Assembly (NCBI RefSeq): GCF_036321535.1
Contig: NC_087437.1
Span: 86,182,001-86,246,000 of the forward strand
Direction of reading: 5' to 3'
Origin: Camelus dromedarius
Taxonomy: Eukaryota
DNA: 64,000 nucleotides
Part shown: positions 38,642 through 51,244 of the stretch, piece after piece
Numbering within the stretch: the first letter of the stretch is position 1
Layout of the letters: each line of letters opens with the position of its first letter
Notes under the pieces: generated by a model
The model's input: the letters and a program-made list of their open reading frames with translations, nothing else
The model's database searches: none
Told to the model about the DNA's origin: nothing
Position numbers and translations under genes: made by a program

Positions 38642-38897
38642 ATACAGAACAAACACCATCTGCACCACCTTAAATCATTACTATAGATATATTTCTAGGA
38701 AAAAAATACACTTGAAAAATTCTCAACCACAGATCCTGAGATGCTGAAGTATTAACTAAATAGGATTCCAAATAGACCCAAGGAAAGTGACTCCATTATT
38801 ATTTAAACGTTAACATGTAGAAAGCCTAGAAAAATAAATATAATAAAACATTGATGTATAACCGATGGAAAGGCTTACCAAATGTACATCACCAGTT

Positions 38898-39168
38898 TCA
38901 AGTAGTCCATGATTTTTTCAATTTGGCTACATACATTGGGCCCCAGGCTTTACCTTTATCTGGAATCACCAAGAGCCCACATTCCTGGCCTGTAGGAGCA
39001 AATGTGAAGTCTTGGGAGCAAGTCCTTGCCATTTCCTTAATGTCCACAGGCATGATGTTACTGTAGGAGTTTAAAATTTCACTGATCACATCTTGATTCT
39101 CTGCCTTGGAAAGTGTGCACGTGGAGTACACAAGAAGCCCTCCAGGACGTAAGGCCTTAATTGCAGAC
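38898..39168 (-). CDS. NSUN3: NSUN3 last coding exon, motif VI (YSTCT) through the stop codon
   Basis: ttttcttgattacatgcag|G TCT GCA ATT AAG... translates to (R)SAIKALRPGGLLVYSTCTLSKAENQDVISEILNS...GPMYVAKLKKSWTT*. Phase 2 start fits the upstream exon across a 22,077 bp intron. TGA at 38900-38898. Confidence 0.97.
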
Positions 39169-40563
39169 CTGCATGTAATCAAGAAAATGCAGAGGACTGG
39201 TTAGTACATTAAAAAGGAACTGTGGGGACTGAGGGCAAGAAAGCTTACATACTTGAAATTAACCTTTCTCTAACTCAGACTGTAATAACTTCGGATGTTT
39301 CCTAGTCTTGCAATTACTTCTAATGGACCCCTGGATGACTGGGGAAATGATAATCAGACCAGTCAACATGGGAAAAACAGAATATGTTTACCTGATTCTT
39401 TGTTTTGTTTTCTTACACATAGGAGGATGGAGGCAGAGCATGGAGTACTGGGTTTGCCTTTGAATATAATGAGTGTAGGTACTAATGGGTAGGTGGGAAG
39501 GAGCACTTGAACTTCAGGAAAGGGGTTAGGGCTCAGTGATAGCTGAAGTCATGGGAATAAATAGGATTTCCCAGGAATAGAGCAAGAAAAAACAAACAAA
39601 AAAAAGCAGACTGAAGACAGATACTCAGAGAATGGCTATATGTAAAGAGAGGCAGAACCTAGAAAGAAAATTAAGAAGCCTTCTCCAGATGAAAGTGTGG
39701 CTTCAGGGAAAGGATGGGAAGGAAGGGTTTTTTTCCCCCTCAAGGGGAAGACTTGAGCATATTTGTAAATGCAGATCCAGAAGAAGAACAGTCCCAGGGC
39801 TTCAGACTGCACATGGAGGAGTTAGCTTCAGAAAAGATGGGATTCCAGCTCCTCATCTAAAACAAGATGGGAGCATGAACAGGGAACTATGATGTTTTAA
39901 GGTAAACAAAAGTTCATGATACATAGCCTTGATAATAAGACTGGAGTGGGAAGCAAGGTCATCGACTGAGAGAGAAAACTAGAAAAGTTTTAGTCCTGCT
40001 GCTGTGGTGATAACCCCAGAGCAATTACTAATCAAGAACAACTTCTTCTCCTCTTCCTCCTCCTCCTCCTCCTCCTTTTTTTTTAAGAAATCATGTTCCA
40101 GACCTCTACTGGATTTAAGCGTGCACTCAGCCCTGTCTCATACTTATATTTAAGAAACAAGAGCACATACCAATAACTGAGATTTATAATAAAGATCCAC
40201 AACATCAGAGTAAGTTCAAATTCTGCTTTCAATGTTCAATTATTAAAGGATCGAAGAATTCTAACTCAAGGCAATCAAACTTATAACAAGGTTTTTCTCT
40301 CCTTCTTTAGACACACTTAAATATAATGTGAAAAAAATACTAACTCAAAACAATGAAGTAAAAAGGATAGAGAGAATTATTAACAGTGAATTTCAATACA
40401 TTTTTGAAAGATGATATGCAGACAGAGAAATAGTAGCAAATGAAGAGGACTACAGTCACAGAGGGCATGAATTTGACCTCCCAAACTACAGAGGGGTTTG
40501 GAACTTGGAAAAGCCAGATGAAATGTGATGGGAGTAAAAAGTAAAAACAAAGATATTAATTTG

Positions 40564-40722
40564 GAGAGGAGGGTATAGCTCAGTGGTAGACTGCATGCTT
40601 ATTAGCATGCATGAGATCCTGGGTTCAACCCCGAGTACCTCCATTAAAAAAAGAAATAAAATAATAAATAAATAAACCTAATTACCTCCCGCCCAAAAAA
40701 CAAAACACAAAACAAAACAAAA
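40564..40722 (+). mobile_element. tRNA-Ala-derived camelid-type SINE (Vic-1-like)
   Basis: GGGTATAGCTCAGTGGTAGACTGCATGCTT...GGGTTCAACCCCGAGTACCTCCA with the same aaataaacctaatta tail as the 20.2 kb copy. TSD-like atattaatttg on both sides. Confidence 0.9.
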
Positions 40723-41638
40723 CAAAATATTAATTTGAAGAATATATGAAATCATGGATTCCAGACTCCCACAGATGGCAAGCTGGGCAGCCACGTAAAA
40801 AGTTGGAAGGTTTTTATCTAAGGAAGTTGAATAAACTGTTTAGGGAGACCTAATTAAGGCAGCCGCTGTGAGTGTTCACTACCCCAAAACAAAGATCTGC
40901 GTATTCAGCAAATCATAAAGTGACATCACCAGGCAAAAAAGTCTCATCCCTAATGTAAACCTCCTAGTATTGTCCCATTATTAAATAAAAATGGGCAATG
41001 AAGGATAATTAAGAATAAGAAATGCTTAAGTAATATGTGAGATAAGAAAAGAAACAAACAAAAAATGTCCTACAAAGGAACAGAAAATTCAGGGAACAAG
41101 AGAGACATAACAAGACCTAGTAAATGCAGAAAGATCAGCAAAAATACAGCACCCATGAAACAATAACAGAATGCCATCAAACAGGACCAAGAAGAGGGCT
41201 CTTAGGAATGAAATATATGTTTACCACAATAAAGAATGTTTTGTAGAAGTGTTTGGAAGTTAAGGTTGAAAAATCTTCCAAAAAAAAGCAGAATAACATA
41301 TTGAAAATGAGACAGGGAAGATCAATCAAGTAGGTCCAAAGTTCAACTGATAGGAGTATAGGGAAAATATTACAGAGAACTGGGGGGAGGAGGACTTGAA
41401 TTAGTGAAATAATAAGAAGAGAACTTTCCAGAGATGAAAAGAATAGACGTGTTCAGATTAAAATAACTCATCAAAAGGCCACGACATTCATTATTATTCA
41501 TTCAGCATCTATTATGTTGCTGGGCATTGTTCTAGATGTTGGGTATATACTGAAATAGAGAAACAACAACAAAAAACTCCACCTTCATGAGGCTTACATT
41601 CTAGCCGGAGAAGATAGACTATAAAAAATAAGTAAGTC

Positions 41639-42017
41639 TGTCATCGGCTGAATTATACCCTTCAAAATTCATGTGTTGAAGTCCTAATGTCCAGTACCTC
41701 AGAATGTGACTGTATTTGGAGATAATATCTTTAAAGAGGTAACTGAGTTTAAAACAAGATCATTAGGATGGGCCCTAATCCAATATGTCTGGTGTCCTTA
41801 TAAGAAGAGGCAATATGGACACAGAATTAAAGAGGGAAGACCCAGTGAAGACCCAGGGAGAAAAGAGATATCCAAGCATAGAGGCCTCAGAAGAAACTAA
41901 CGCTGTGGACACCTTGATCTCAGACTGCCAGCTTTAGAACTGTGAGAAAGTAAATTTCTGTTGTTTAAGCTATTCAATCTGTAGAACTGTGTATAGTAGT
42001 CCTAGCAAACTAATACG
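41639..42017 (+). mobile_element. MaLR LTR (MLT1A/B-like)
   Basis: aaaattcatgtgttgaagtcctaa...cagtacctcagaatgtgactgtatttggagata...ctagcaaactaatac. Confidence 0.88.
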
Positions 42018-42114
42018 AAGAACTTACACATATATGCACACACATATGCATATAAACACACACATATACACATGTAATTACATATACACATATATATGTA
42101 TATATGGGTGTGTG

Positions 42115-42960
42115 TTTGCATGTATGTTTTTCCCTCACCTAGCAAACCTCCAATTCTCTGAAAACGATGACTGCAGGTACTACAATTTAATTCAATTCTG
42201 ACACTATACACCTGGCGTTAGCATCAGATCCCACAAGATTGCCCTTCAAATGCCAACTGCAAGTCCAAGTCTCTGGTATTTCTGACTCACCAGCATAAAC
42301 TGGGAGTTCCCCAAACGCCCTCTTTGGGTTAAATAATTTGCTAGATTGGCTCTCAGAACTCAGGAAAAACAGTTACTTACTACACTACTGATTTATTATT
42401 TAAAGACACAGTTCAGAACAACCAGATGGAAGAAATACACAGGGCAAAATCTGGGAGAAGGGTGCAGAGCTCCTGTGCCCTCTCCAGACACACCACCCTC
42501 CCAGTACCTTCTCTCCATCCTGCAAACCCGCCAAATCTCTTTAGTGGTGTTTTTTTATAGAGGTTTCATTAAGCAGGCATAATTGATTAAATCACTGGCC
42601 ACTGGTGATTGAGCTCAATCTCCAGCCCCTCTCCTCCTCCCTAAAGTAGGGAGAGGGTGGCACTGAAAGTTCCAACCCTCTAATTACACAGTTGGCTCCC
42701 CTGGCAACTTGGCAATTAGTCCCCCATCCTTAGGGACTGTTCAAAAGTCAACTCATTAACATAAACTCAGGTATAGTTGAAAAGAGCTTACTATGAATAA
42801 CAAAAGTGGCTCCTTTCACCCTTACCAAAACCAGGTATAAAAAAAAAAAAAAGACATTCCTATCACTCTTACATTCTTATCACTTAGGAAATTATAAGGG
42901 TTTTATGAGCTCTGGTCTGGAGCCAGAAGCAAAGATCAAATATATATTCACAATATCACA
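42115..42960 (-). mobile_element. MER21-type ERVL LTR
   Basis: caattctgacactatacacctggcgttagcatcagatcccaca...aatttgctagattggctctcagaactcagg...cacaatatcaca. Confidence 0.8.
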
Positions 42961-44004
42961 GTTTGCATATATTTTTTATTTAGCGATAGGTGCTATGAAG
43001 AAAATTAAATCAAGGTAAGAGGATTAGGAGTGCTCAGATGGTGAGGGGGGATTGCAATTTTAAGTAGGATAATTAGAATAGAATGACACTTCAGGAAGTG
43101 ACAACTGAACAAAGACCCGAGGAGGTACGGGAGTGGACCATATAGATATCTGAGGGGAAGGGCATCCCATACAAAAGGAATAGCCAGTGCCGAGACCCCC
43201 GGCCATGTCTGAGGAACGCGGAAGCCAGTGTGGTTGTGGCACAGGAAGGAAGGTGGTGGCAGCATGAGATGAGTTCAGAGAGCTAAGAGGAGAGGGTCTT
43301 ATGTAACACAGTAAAAACTTTAACCTCGTAATGAATGGAAAACATCCACACCTAGATGCATTATTGTTAAATTTGAGACTTCAAGAACAAAGAGAGAATG
43401 GTAAATGCCTCCAGAGAGAAAAACTGATCCCTATAAGGGTCCAGGAATCAGACCGGCATCAGGGGAGTAGTGCGCTACAAATCCTGGGGAAAAAGCCATT
43501 TAAAGTGGATGCTATTTACTGCCACACGGTCAGATAAATACATAGGAGGGAGACAGAAGCTTTCAGATATCTGATGACTCAGAAATCTTACCTCTAGCAA
43601 AACAAGGAGGTAAATCAAGAAAGAGGAGAAATGTGTCACAGAAAACAGTGAATGCAACACAGGAGAACAGAGAGGGGGTGAAGCCCCAGAATGATAAATG
43701 CATGGGAGCCCTTAGGGGTTAACTACTCCAGATTAGGAGAGGAGACTCCAGAGAGAAGTAAGAAGGGACAGAAGAAATTAAATGACTGAAAACTGAGAAA
43801 ACTTGGAAGCTTCAGTACATGCAACTGGGGTGGTGGGGTCAGGCTGAGTGAGAAGGAGGAAGGTGAGGAAGGAAAGGGGTGGGAAGGAGAAAGAGAAGAG
43901 AGAGACTGTCCTTCCTAATTTGGTTGTAAGAAATTTTCCCCATTTACAAACAGAAAACCTTAACTGATTTTTGGCAGTTCACAGAGAACACCTGAATGGT
44001 ACTT

Positions 44005-44325
44005 CAGGTCTCTACCTCTTATACTCCACTGTGAAATCCAAAAAACTCTGCAGACTACAGCTTTTTTCTGAAGTTTGTGGCAGATTCATTTGGCCTCAAA
44101 ATTGATGTGAGGCCATTTACGGTCAAGAATGAGCCCATGTGGTATAACTAGTCAAATGTTTTGCTGAATACGTATTAATGTTTGATTATAGGGTGCTGTC
44201 CTAGACCCTACTGAGGGAAGTGGTTGAGGTGATATACCAAATACGTACTCTATCACCTTAAAAACAAAATCAGAATTCTCAAACACATCTGGCCTCGAAG
44301 ATTTTGAATAAGATTTTGGACTTGT
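44005..44325. mobile_element. MER46C-like (TcMar-Tigger)
   Basis: Ends aaacacatctggcctcgaagattttgaataagattttggacttg|ta. Confidence 0.6.
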
Positions 44326-46199
44326 ATTTTAGATTCAAATGAGTTACAATGCAAAATTATATAAAGTATCTTCTGTACTGTATCTACATGATAAACTAGC
44401 CACAGTTATTTGATGAAATTTAAATAGTTTTAAAGGAAATCATTTACACGTTAACTTTAAAAAGCAGCAGACAGGCAAATCTGCCATCTATATGCAGGAG
44501 TCCATCAGTATTTCCTTATTCTAATATAAAGTAAGAAAAAAAAACTGGACTTTTGTGTTCTCTCAATACAGCAAGGGTTCTTCCCCACTGCCCCCTCCCA
44601 AAAGTGTTTTGATTTGTCTGTATCTTTTAGAGAACACTTTGTACAATCAATAATAAAGCCATTTTTTTCAAGAGCTCATTTTATCATTCTGTTCAGTGCT
44701 TTTCACTGAATTTCTCTATCCTTGAAAGATCTGCTTAGAGGAAAGACAGAGAATCAAGCCCCAAGAGCCATTTATATAATACTGGCTTAGAAATAAAATG
44801 AAATCATGCTGCTTTCCCAGCAAAAAAAGAGTCTACCTTTACTTTTCCAGACTAATTCACTAAGTCTTACAACTACTAACTAGTAAAATATAATGACCGA
44901 GGAAAATAAAAGAAAAATGATGACCTGATTTTAACACCTTGAAGAAAAAAAAAAGTATTGCCTTAATGAAAGAATAAGTTCAATGACCTTTAAAAACTAA
45001 AAACAAAACAAAACAAAACCCCAAAATGTCTTTGAACCCTGACAGTTATCAAAGGCCCAAAGGGAGGGCATTTCCAACTTAACCAAAATTGAAAACATGA
45101 TGCAGGGTGATCTATTGTTCCTCTGGCAAATCTGAGTCTCAGAGAATGTTATTTTTACAAATTACTATTAAAACAACCTGCCACATTTTAAAAATATAAA
45201 TTCCGTTTTTCTGGTCTACTCCTCTGGCCCTTAGTTAGAAATTTGGCATTCCGTTGGAAGGGTCAGTGTTAATGAGATCACTAATTTTAACTGTTCTCCG
45301 CATTTAAAAATACTCAGCCCAAACTGCAGGAGAAAACAATCAGCACAGCAATAGTGCCATCTTTTGACCAAAGCAGAAAAAGTTTCTTTTATTTTAACTT
45401 ATTTTAACTCTTCATGACTTACCATCAAGGGATAAGCATTTTCTTTTTATATCTTCCTGTAACATGTTTGAAGGTACAGGCACTGTCTCTCCTGTAACAA
45501 CTTCTGGTGCAGAGGTAAAACAACCATAGATGTCTGTATTCTTGAATAATTAAGATTACAGCTAAACACTACTGTGATTAATATATTTATTCCTCATTTT
45601 CTTCATGTCCCTTCTATCACCGCTAAAGCATCAAGGCAACATCTACCATTCTTTCAGATATAAATATGAGGAAGTAATCAAGTGAAATAGACTTTAAAAT
45701 TCCTTTATTGCCACAATATTAGCAGGCTTATTCCACTCATCTTAGAAACTCTAGCATTAAATATTTTTTAAGCCAAGTAAGAATGTAGTAACTTAAAAAA
45801 AAAATTAAAATGAGCGTAGGAGCATCAATCTTGCAGTTGGTCCCTTGTAACCATATAATATTCAAGAAACACTTCAGAAGTTCTATATAAGGCTACTTTA
45901 TAAGGTTATGTGCAACTTACGTAAAAAAGAAAAACAGTTGTGTACTTAACAATGTGAAAAATGTATGGAAACTACTGGCAATCCTTGTATCTTACTGCTC
46001 AAGTTTACTGACAAAAACTGAATCCAAAACTGAAAAGGTGAAATGTTTCTAGAGGCCACTGCACACATACCCTTGAGGAAATTCTAACTCTTCCTTTAGG
46101 ATAGAATATTCCTGAATTAACAGGAATGTGGATCTGGTCCAAGACTCAAATGAGATGCTGATTCCTATGTTAACCAAGTGAAGGACAAGTGATCAGCCT

Positions 46200-46440
46200 A
46201 ATTAATAACATTACCTTATGTTTATTTGGTGCTTAATTTAAAGAGCACTTCACACAGGACGTCTTAATAAAACCTTATGAGGTGTACAGGGTAAATAGTC
46301 TGACCCAATTTATCAAATGGAGGGTCACAAAGACTCAGTCACCTGCCTGAAGTTACACAGGTAATTAATGCAGCACAAAGACGGCCACCCTAATCTAACA
46401 CCAGGAAAAGGACTGCAAGCTTTACCACTGCTGTATACCC
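46200..46440 (-). mobile_element. MIR SINE
   Basis: aaaccttatgaggtg...cacctgcctgaagttacacaggtaattaatg. Confidence 0.6.
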
Positions 46441-49400
46441 TGAAGCAAATATTGTAACTGCTAAAATAAGTACAGAATCTGGGGCAATAAGACAGAGGAT
46501 GCCACATGTATACATTTTACTATCCCAACTGTCCCAAATACTCATTGAAGATAAAGAGTAAGTATGGACTTTTAGGCACTTCTAATACAAAGGAACTAAG
46601 AATTAGTAGGTCTGAAGCTATGACCTGAGAATCTTGGCTACCTGCTCCTTTATAGAGACCATAACCTTCACTGATTAAAGCGCTACTGCACTGAATTTAT
46701 GATGAGGTAAATGAAAGCAAATACCTCATGCTGAAACATAATTTGAACCCCTTCATTTCAGATTGACATCGAGATCACAGTTTTAAAGAATTTTAACAAA
46801 TTACACTCAATGGTTAGAAACTCACAGGTACTTTACTCCTTCATTAAAATTCCAAATAATTTGGAGTAATCTGGTAGTCATTCCAAATTCCAAATAATCT
46901 AGTAATTCCTGTAACTAAATTTTGTTTCCACAACCCCAAATGGTAGATTAAAATATCTGTTTTCCTCAGAAGCTTGCTGATAAAATGAGTCCAAAGCTAG
47001 CCTAAGTTAGGAGGTTTATTTTCAGCCTTCACCTCATCACACTATTTGATTCTGTCATTCATCCTCAACTTTAAGAAACTTTCTCCCACTTTGTCTTCCT
47101 GGGCACTACTCTTTTTTTGGTCATCTCCTACTTCTCTGAAGTTCCCTTCTAGCCTCCTTAACTACGTTTCTTCTTCTTCCTACCCCTTAAATATCAGTCT
47201 TCCCTATAACTTTATCCGTGGTTTATCTTTTTCCCTAAAGTTAGATGTTTTACACATGTTATCTCACTCAATCTTTCAATTAAGTTCTGGGACACGAATT
47301 ATTATAATTCTCACTATGCAGATAAGGCAACTAAGGCAAGAGGTTTAAGCAACTTGTACAAGGCCACTCAGTAAGGGTCCAAACAAGGATTCAAATCTTT
47401 GCAATAAAACTCTAAACAGCTCATACTCTTAACCAGCTGTCCTCGGCACTTTCCTTTTCTTCCCATCCCAGAGCCAATCAACTACCAAATTCTATTAATT
47501 CTCTATTGAAAATATCTTGCAAATCTGATCACACATCTCTATTCCCTTCCCATTCACTTAGTTAAGGCTTTTGTCATCTATTTCTTGATTACTGTAAAAT
47601 CTTTCATATTGGCTTTCTCACTGAAGGATTTTCTTGTTAATTTTCTTTGCATACTTTGTTATTTGATCAAGGAGTTTCTAGCTTGTGACAGACACTGCTA
47701 TGTGTTCTCCAATATCTGCTCTCACTTCTGTAGTAATGGAATTTTTAGTTGGACATTAGCTAAGACTAATTTCCTAAACTGGCTTTCACTAAAGATGACT
47801 GAGTCTGACCCGTAAGATGTGCGTGGAAGTAATGTGAGGTGTGCTCCTTCCTACCAGCTGCAATGCAGATTAAGCAGTAAGAGTTGGAATTGTCACTCTG
47901 GATCATGAGTTAAAAGACAGACAGGACCTGGATCTCTGATAATCATGAAGATCCATGATGATTCTTTGTCCCATTTTTCTAGATGTTTACTAGGTTTTAA
48001 TGCTTACATATACTAGTTTTCAGTTTCCTTTTGAGCAGATGAACTTGTATTCATCTTTCCAGACACACCTCAAAGCTCATAGTCTCTGAAACCTTCACTG
48101 ATTCCTTACGGAATTCCTCCCTCTTCTGTTTTTCCCAAGCAAGAAATTTTCAGCTCCTTGAAAACAGGGTTTATGCTATATTCGTTTTGTATTTTTTATA
48201 TATTACATAACTAGAAAGTATACTCTCAAAAATTGCTTATTAAATAAGTGAATGAATGTCACCTTAATCAAGAGGTGGGTCAATCAGAGAACTTTCCAGT
48301 GAAAAACAAAGAAATATACTGAATTGCAACTAATGCTCAAAAAGTCTGAGTAGGGAACAGCTCAAGCAACCTACAACTCTCACATTATAGAACAGATGGA
48401 AATGATAGAGGCCAGAAGCCTTATTTAGAAAAAATAAAGCTTTTGCCAACAAGTAATTTATAAAAATGAGAAAAAAATATTTTTCCTCTTGCCATCAACA
48501 GATAACTCCTATAGAAAGGAAAAATAATCTGTTAATGAATGTTACTGCTTAGCAATTGTGCTGTCATTTCTCATTGAGTGCAACAGTTTGGTAACTTCTA
48601 GTAAGTGAATGTGACTCTAAAGAAAACCATGATCACTATTTTAAAGTTAAAATATGTGGTACCAAAAATGCTGTTAAGACATATTTAAAAAACGAATGTA
48701 ATCCCTGACACTGCTTTTCTAGTACCATAAGGGAAATCTAACAAAGGAAGTTGGGGCCAGGGGGAGGGGAGCAGGAAGACTGATTTAAAAGGAAGAAAAT
48801 AAATCTACTCTTTAAAAAAATATATTAGCCTAATTTGCTATACAAATAGAAACATTTAATTACTACAAGATAATTTTAAAAATGGTAAAAAAACAAAAAC
48901 AAAAACATACTTTTAACCGTTACGAGTTCTGCAAAATTTTTATGTCTAAATTGTTCCCTTTTTTGTCTGCCCTCAACCCTAAATGTTTAATTCCACTGTA
49001 TTTCATATCTTTTCTTCCTTTAAGCATTTCAGGGAGTTCTGTTTCATTTACTTTTTCTTACCATTTCTTTTTTTTTTTTCCATGTTACACTGTTGGCTTC
49101 TAGTATTCCTTTCCAATTTTTCGTTTTTTGTACCTTTTCAGCAATTCCCATTTCTTTCATTTTCCCACTGCTTATTTCTCAACATATCACTCTGTATCAG
49201 TTTACTACTTCTGCTGGCAAGCAGCAGTCTGGGCAAGAAAGCAAATAAAAAAACCCTACCACTATTATGTACTACAATCAAAGAAAACATTAAGGTGAAA
49301 AGTTGAAGTCCATGTACAATCTATCAAATAAACGCAGATGCAAAATTAAGTTTCAGGTACTATAAGCATCTAAAACACAGATATTTCTAGGTTGATAGCT

Positions 49401-51244
49401 ACCCAGTGCTATCATCAGTTTTAAAAGTATTATTTTACAAGCCTTGAGGGTAATCTTCACTGTGCTCACAGTAAGTAATCAAATTTCTAGATATCAAACT
49501 GTTTATTATCAAAAAAGTTCTGTAAATTCAAGATAAAGAAACATGACTGAGATTGCTACTTTCAGAGACACCATATCCAGCAGCTATTCCTTTGTCAGCC
49601 TAAGAAACAAAACTATGCTGATAATATCTTCTGTCTACCGGCAGTAAGTTTTTACCTTGAAGAAGAGATTATTTTTTACATAGTACCAGTAGAGCAATGA
49701 CACTAAACACCCATGAAATAGATTACAAATGACAAGTTTTAACAAATTTGTTATCGGTTTCTACTTGTACAAGATAAGATGTACAAGTTTAGTACATCTT
49801 CTCAACAGTTAATTACCTCATTAGGATGGGTATGGGGGATGGGTTAGGAATTAAAAGCTCTCTGCTGAGACTGAACATAAGGAAACCAGTTCTGTGTTGC
49901 TTAAAATAGAGAAGAGTGATGACAGACCACATTAGGCCTGCCTAACTTTAAGATAGGGTCTTTGATCTAGTCCCTTCACTCATACAAGGGAAAAGAACTA
50001 AAAAGCTTTCAAGAAAACCACCAGAATTGACTTGATTTTGGCCCATGGCAAAATGAACAGATCGTTTATCACTGATTAAAAGCAGTTTTTCAGACTTTTT
50101 TTTTTCTGGAACCAGAAACTTCCTTCAAATAAAATCCTACAGGTTTAACCGGATGGAAAGACTATGGCTCTACTTGGATTTGCTGTGGTGAACTAAGAGG
50201 CTCTCCGGATTATCCCTCAAGACCTAAAATAATGCTCCTAAAACAATGCTACAGGAACCCTATATATTTACAGAGTAGAGTCTGAAAACAACTGTCCTGC
50301 AAATAACTCTCTGGAGAAAGACAACAGCTATCTCCTACTAAAGAATGAAATCATTTGACTCCTGTAGTGGCCAGGTTATAAAAGAATTAAAAGCCCATAA
50401 AGTTTACTAAAGGCATTTTAGTGACTCCATTTAGGTCAGTAGCATGGCAAGTTCAGATACCTGTAGCGACTGTCAGAATGAGGCCAACTGCCAGGAAAAT
50501 CAATCTGATGGAAGTAAAAAGTCACAGAGGCTCCTGATGGACAGGCTGGTCTAATCTCGCCTTCGCAGCCTCAGGTCAAATCTTTTGGATTGTAAAAGTC
50601 ATTGTTCCCAGAAGAAAGATGATTCAGAAGATTTAGGAGAGGTGAAAATAACATAGATCAACAAGTGACAATCAGGAATACTCAAATGACAAAGAAGCAC
50701 TTCCTCCCAAGTCAAAAATAGCCACATCATCCTCTGCTATACTCTTCTGTCACTATTTAGAAATTAAAAAAAAAAAATTCAACATTTTTAAAATAGAAAA
50801 ATGTATGTGCTCCCATTTTTCAAATACTTATTATATACTTATTATTAAAATTACTTGCTCAGTTTCATTATGTTTGCTATCCATTAGAGGCTTTTCAATT
50901 TATTAAGAAAAAATAATTTAAATTCTTGCTAACAACAGTGGTATTTTACAAACTGACTCAACTATGATGAGTTAATAAAATGCTTAAGTATCATCTTTTG
51001 AATGCCTTTGTGTTCTAACATTAACCCACTGATAATCATCACTTGAAACTTTCAATAACTTCCTTATTAGCTTTCCTTTCTCTGTTTGCTCCCTTCTATC
51101 CATCCTTCATATAGAATCTATAAATCTTTGTAATATAAATGTAATCATGTCATTCCATTATTAAAAATACTTCAGCAGCTCCCCACTGTATACATTAATA
51201 GTTGTGTTAGATTATAGAATAAGCTATTCAAATTAAATATTATT

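Larger units (their letters stand above)
40900..43800 (+). mobile_element. Old L1/HAL1 ORF1-region remnant split by an antisense L2 (about 41485-43320)
   Basis: A-rich L1 ORF1-like text at about 40900-41480 resumes at about 43330 (aaacatccacacctagatgcattattgttaaattt). The antisense L2 tail begins at 41485. Confidence 0.55.

Noticed and set aside
39169..39182. N-terminal residues (MITC) of the listed ORF 38898..39182
   Set aside because: They are intronic. The exon starts at the AG acceptor (39170-39169), in phase with the exon at 61246-61367.
45351..45370. Partial CTCF-like motif (minus strand TGGTCAAAAGATGGCACTA)
   Set aside because: Only the right half matches; the core CC positions are missing.
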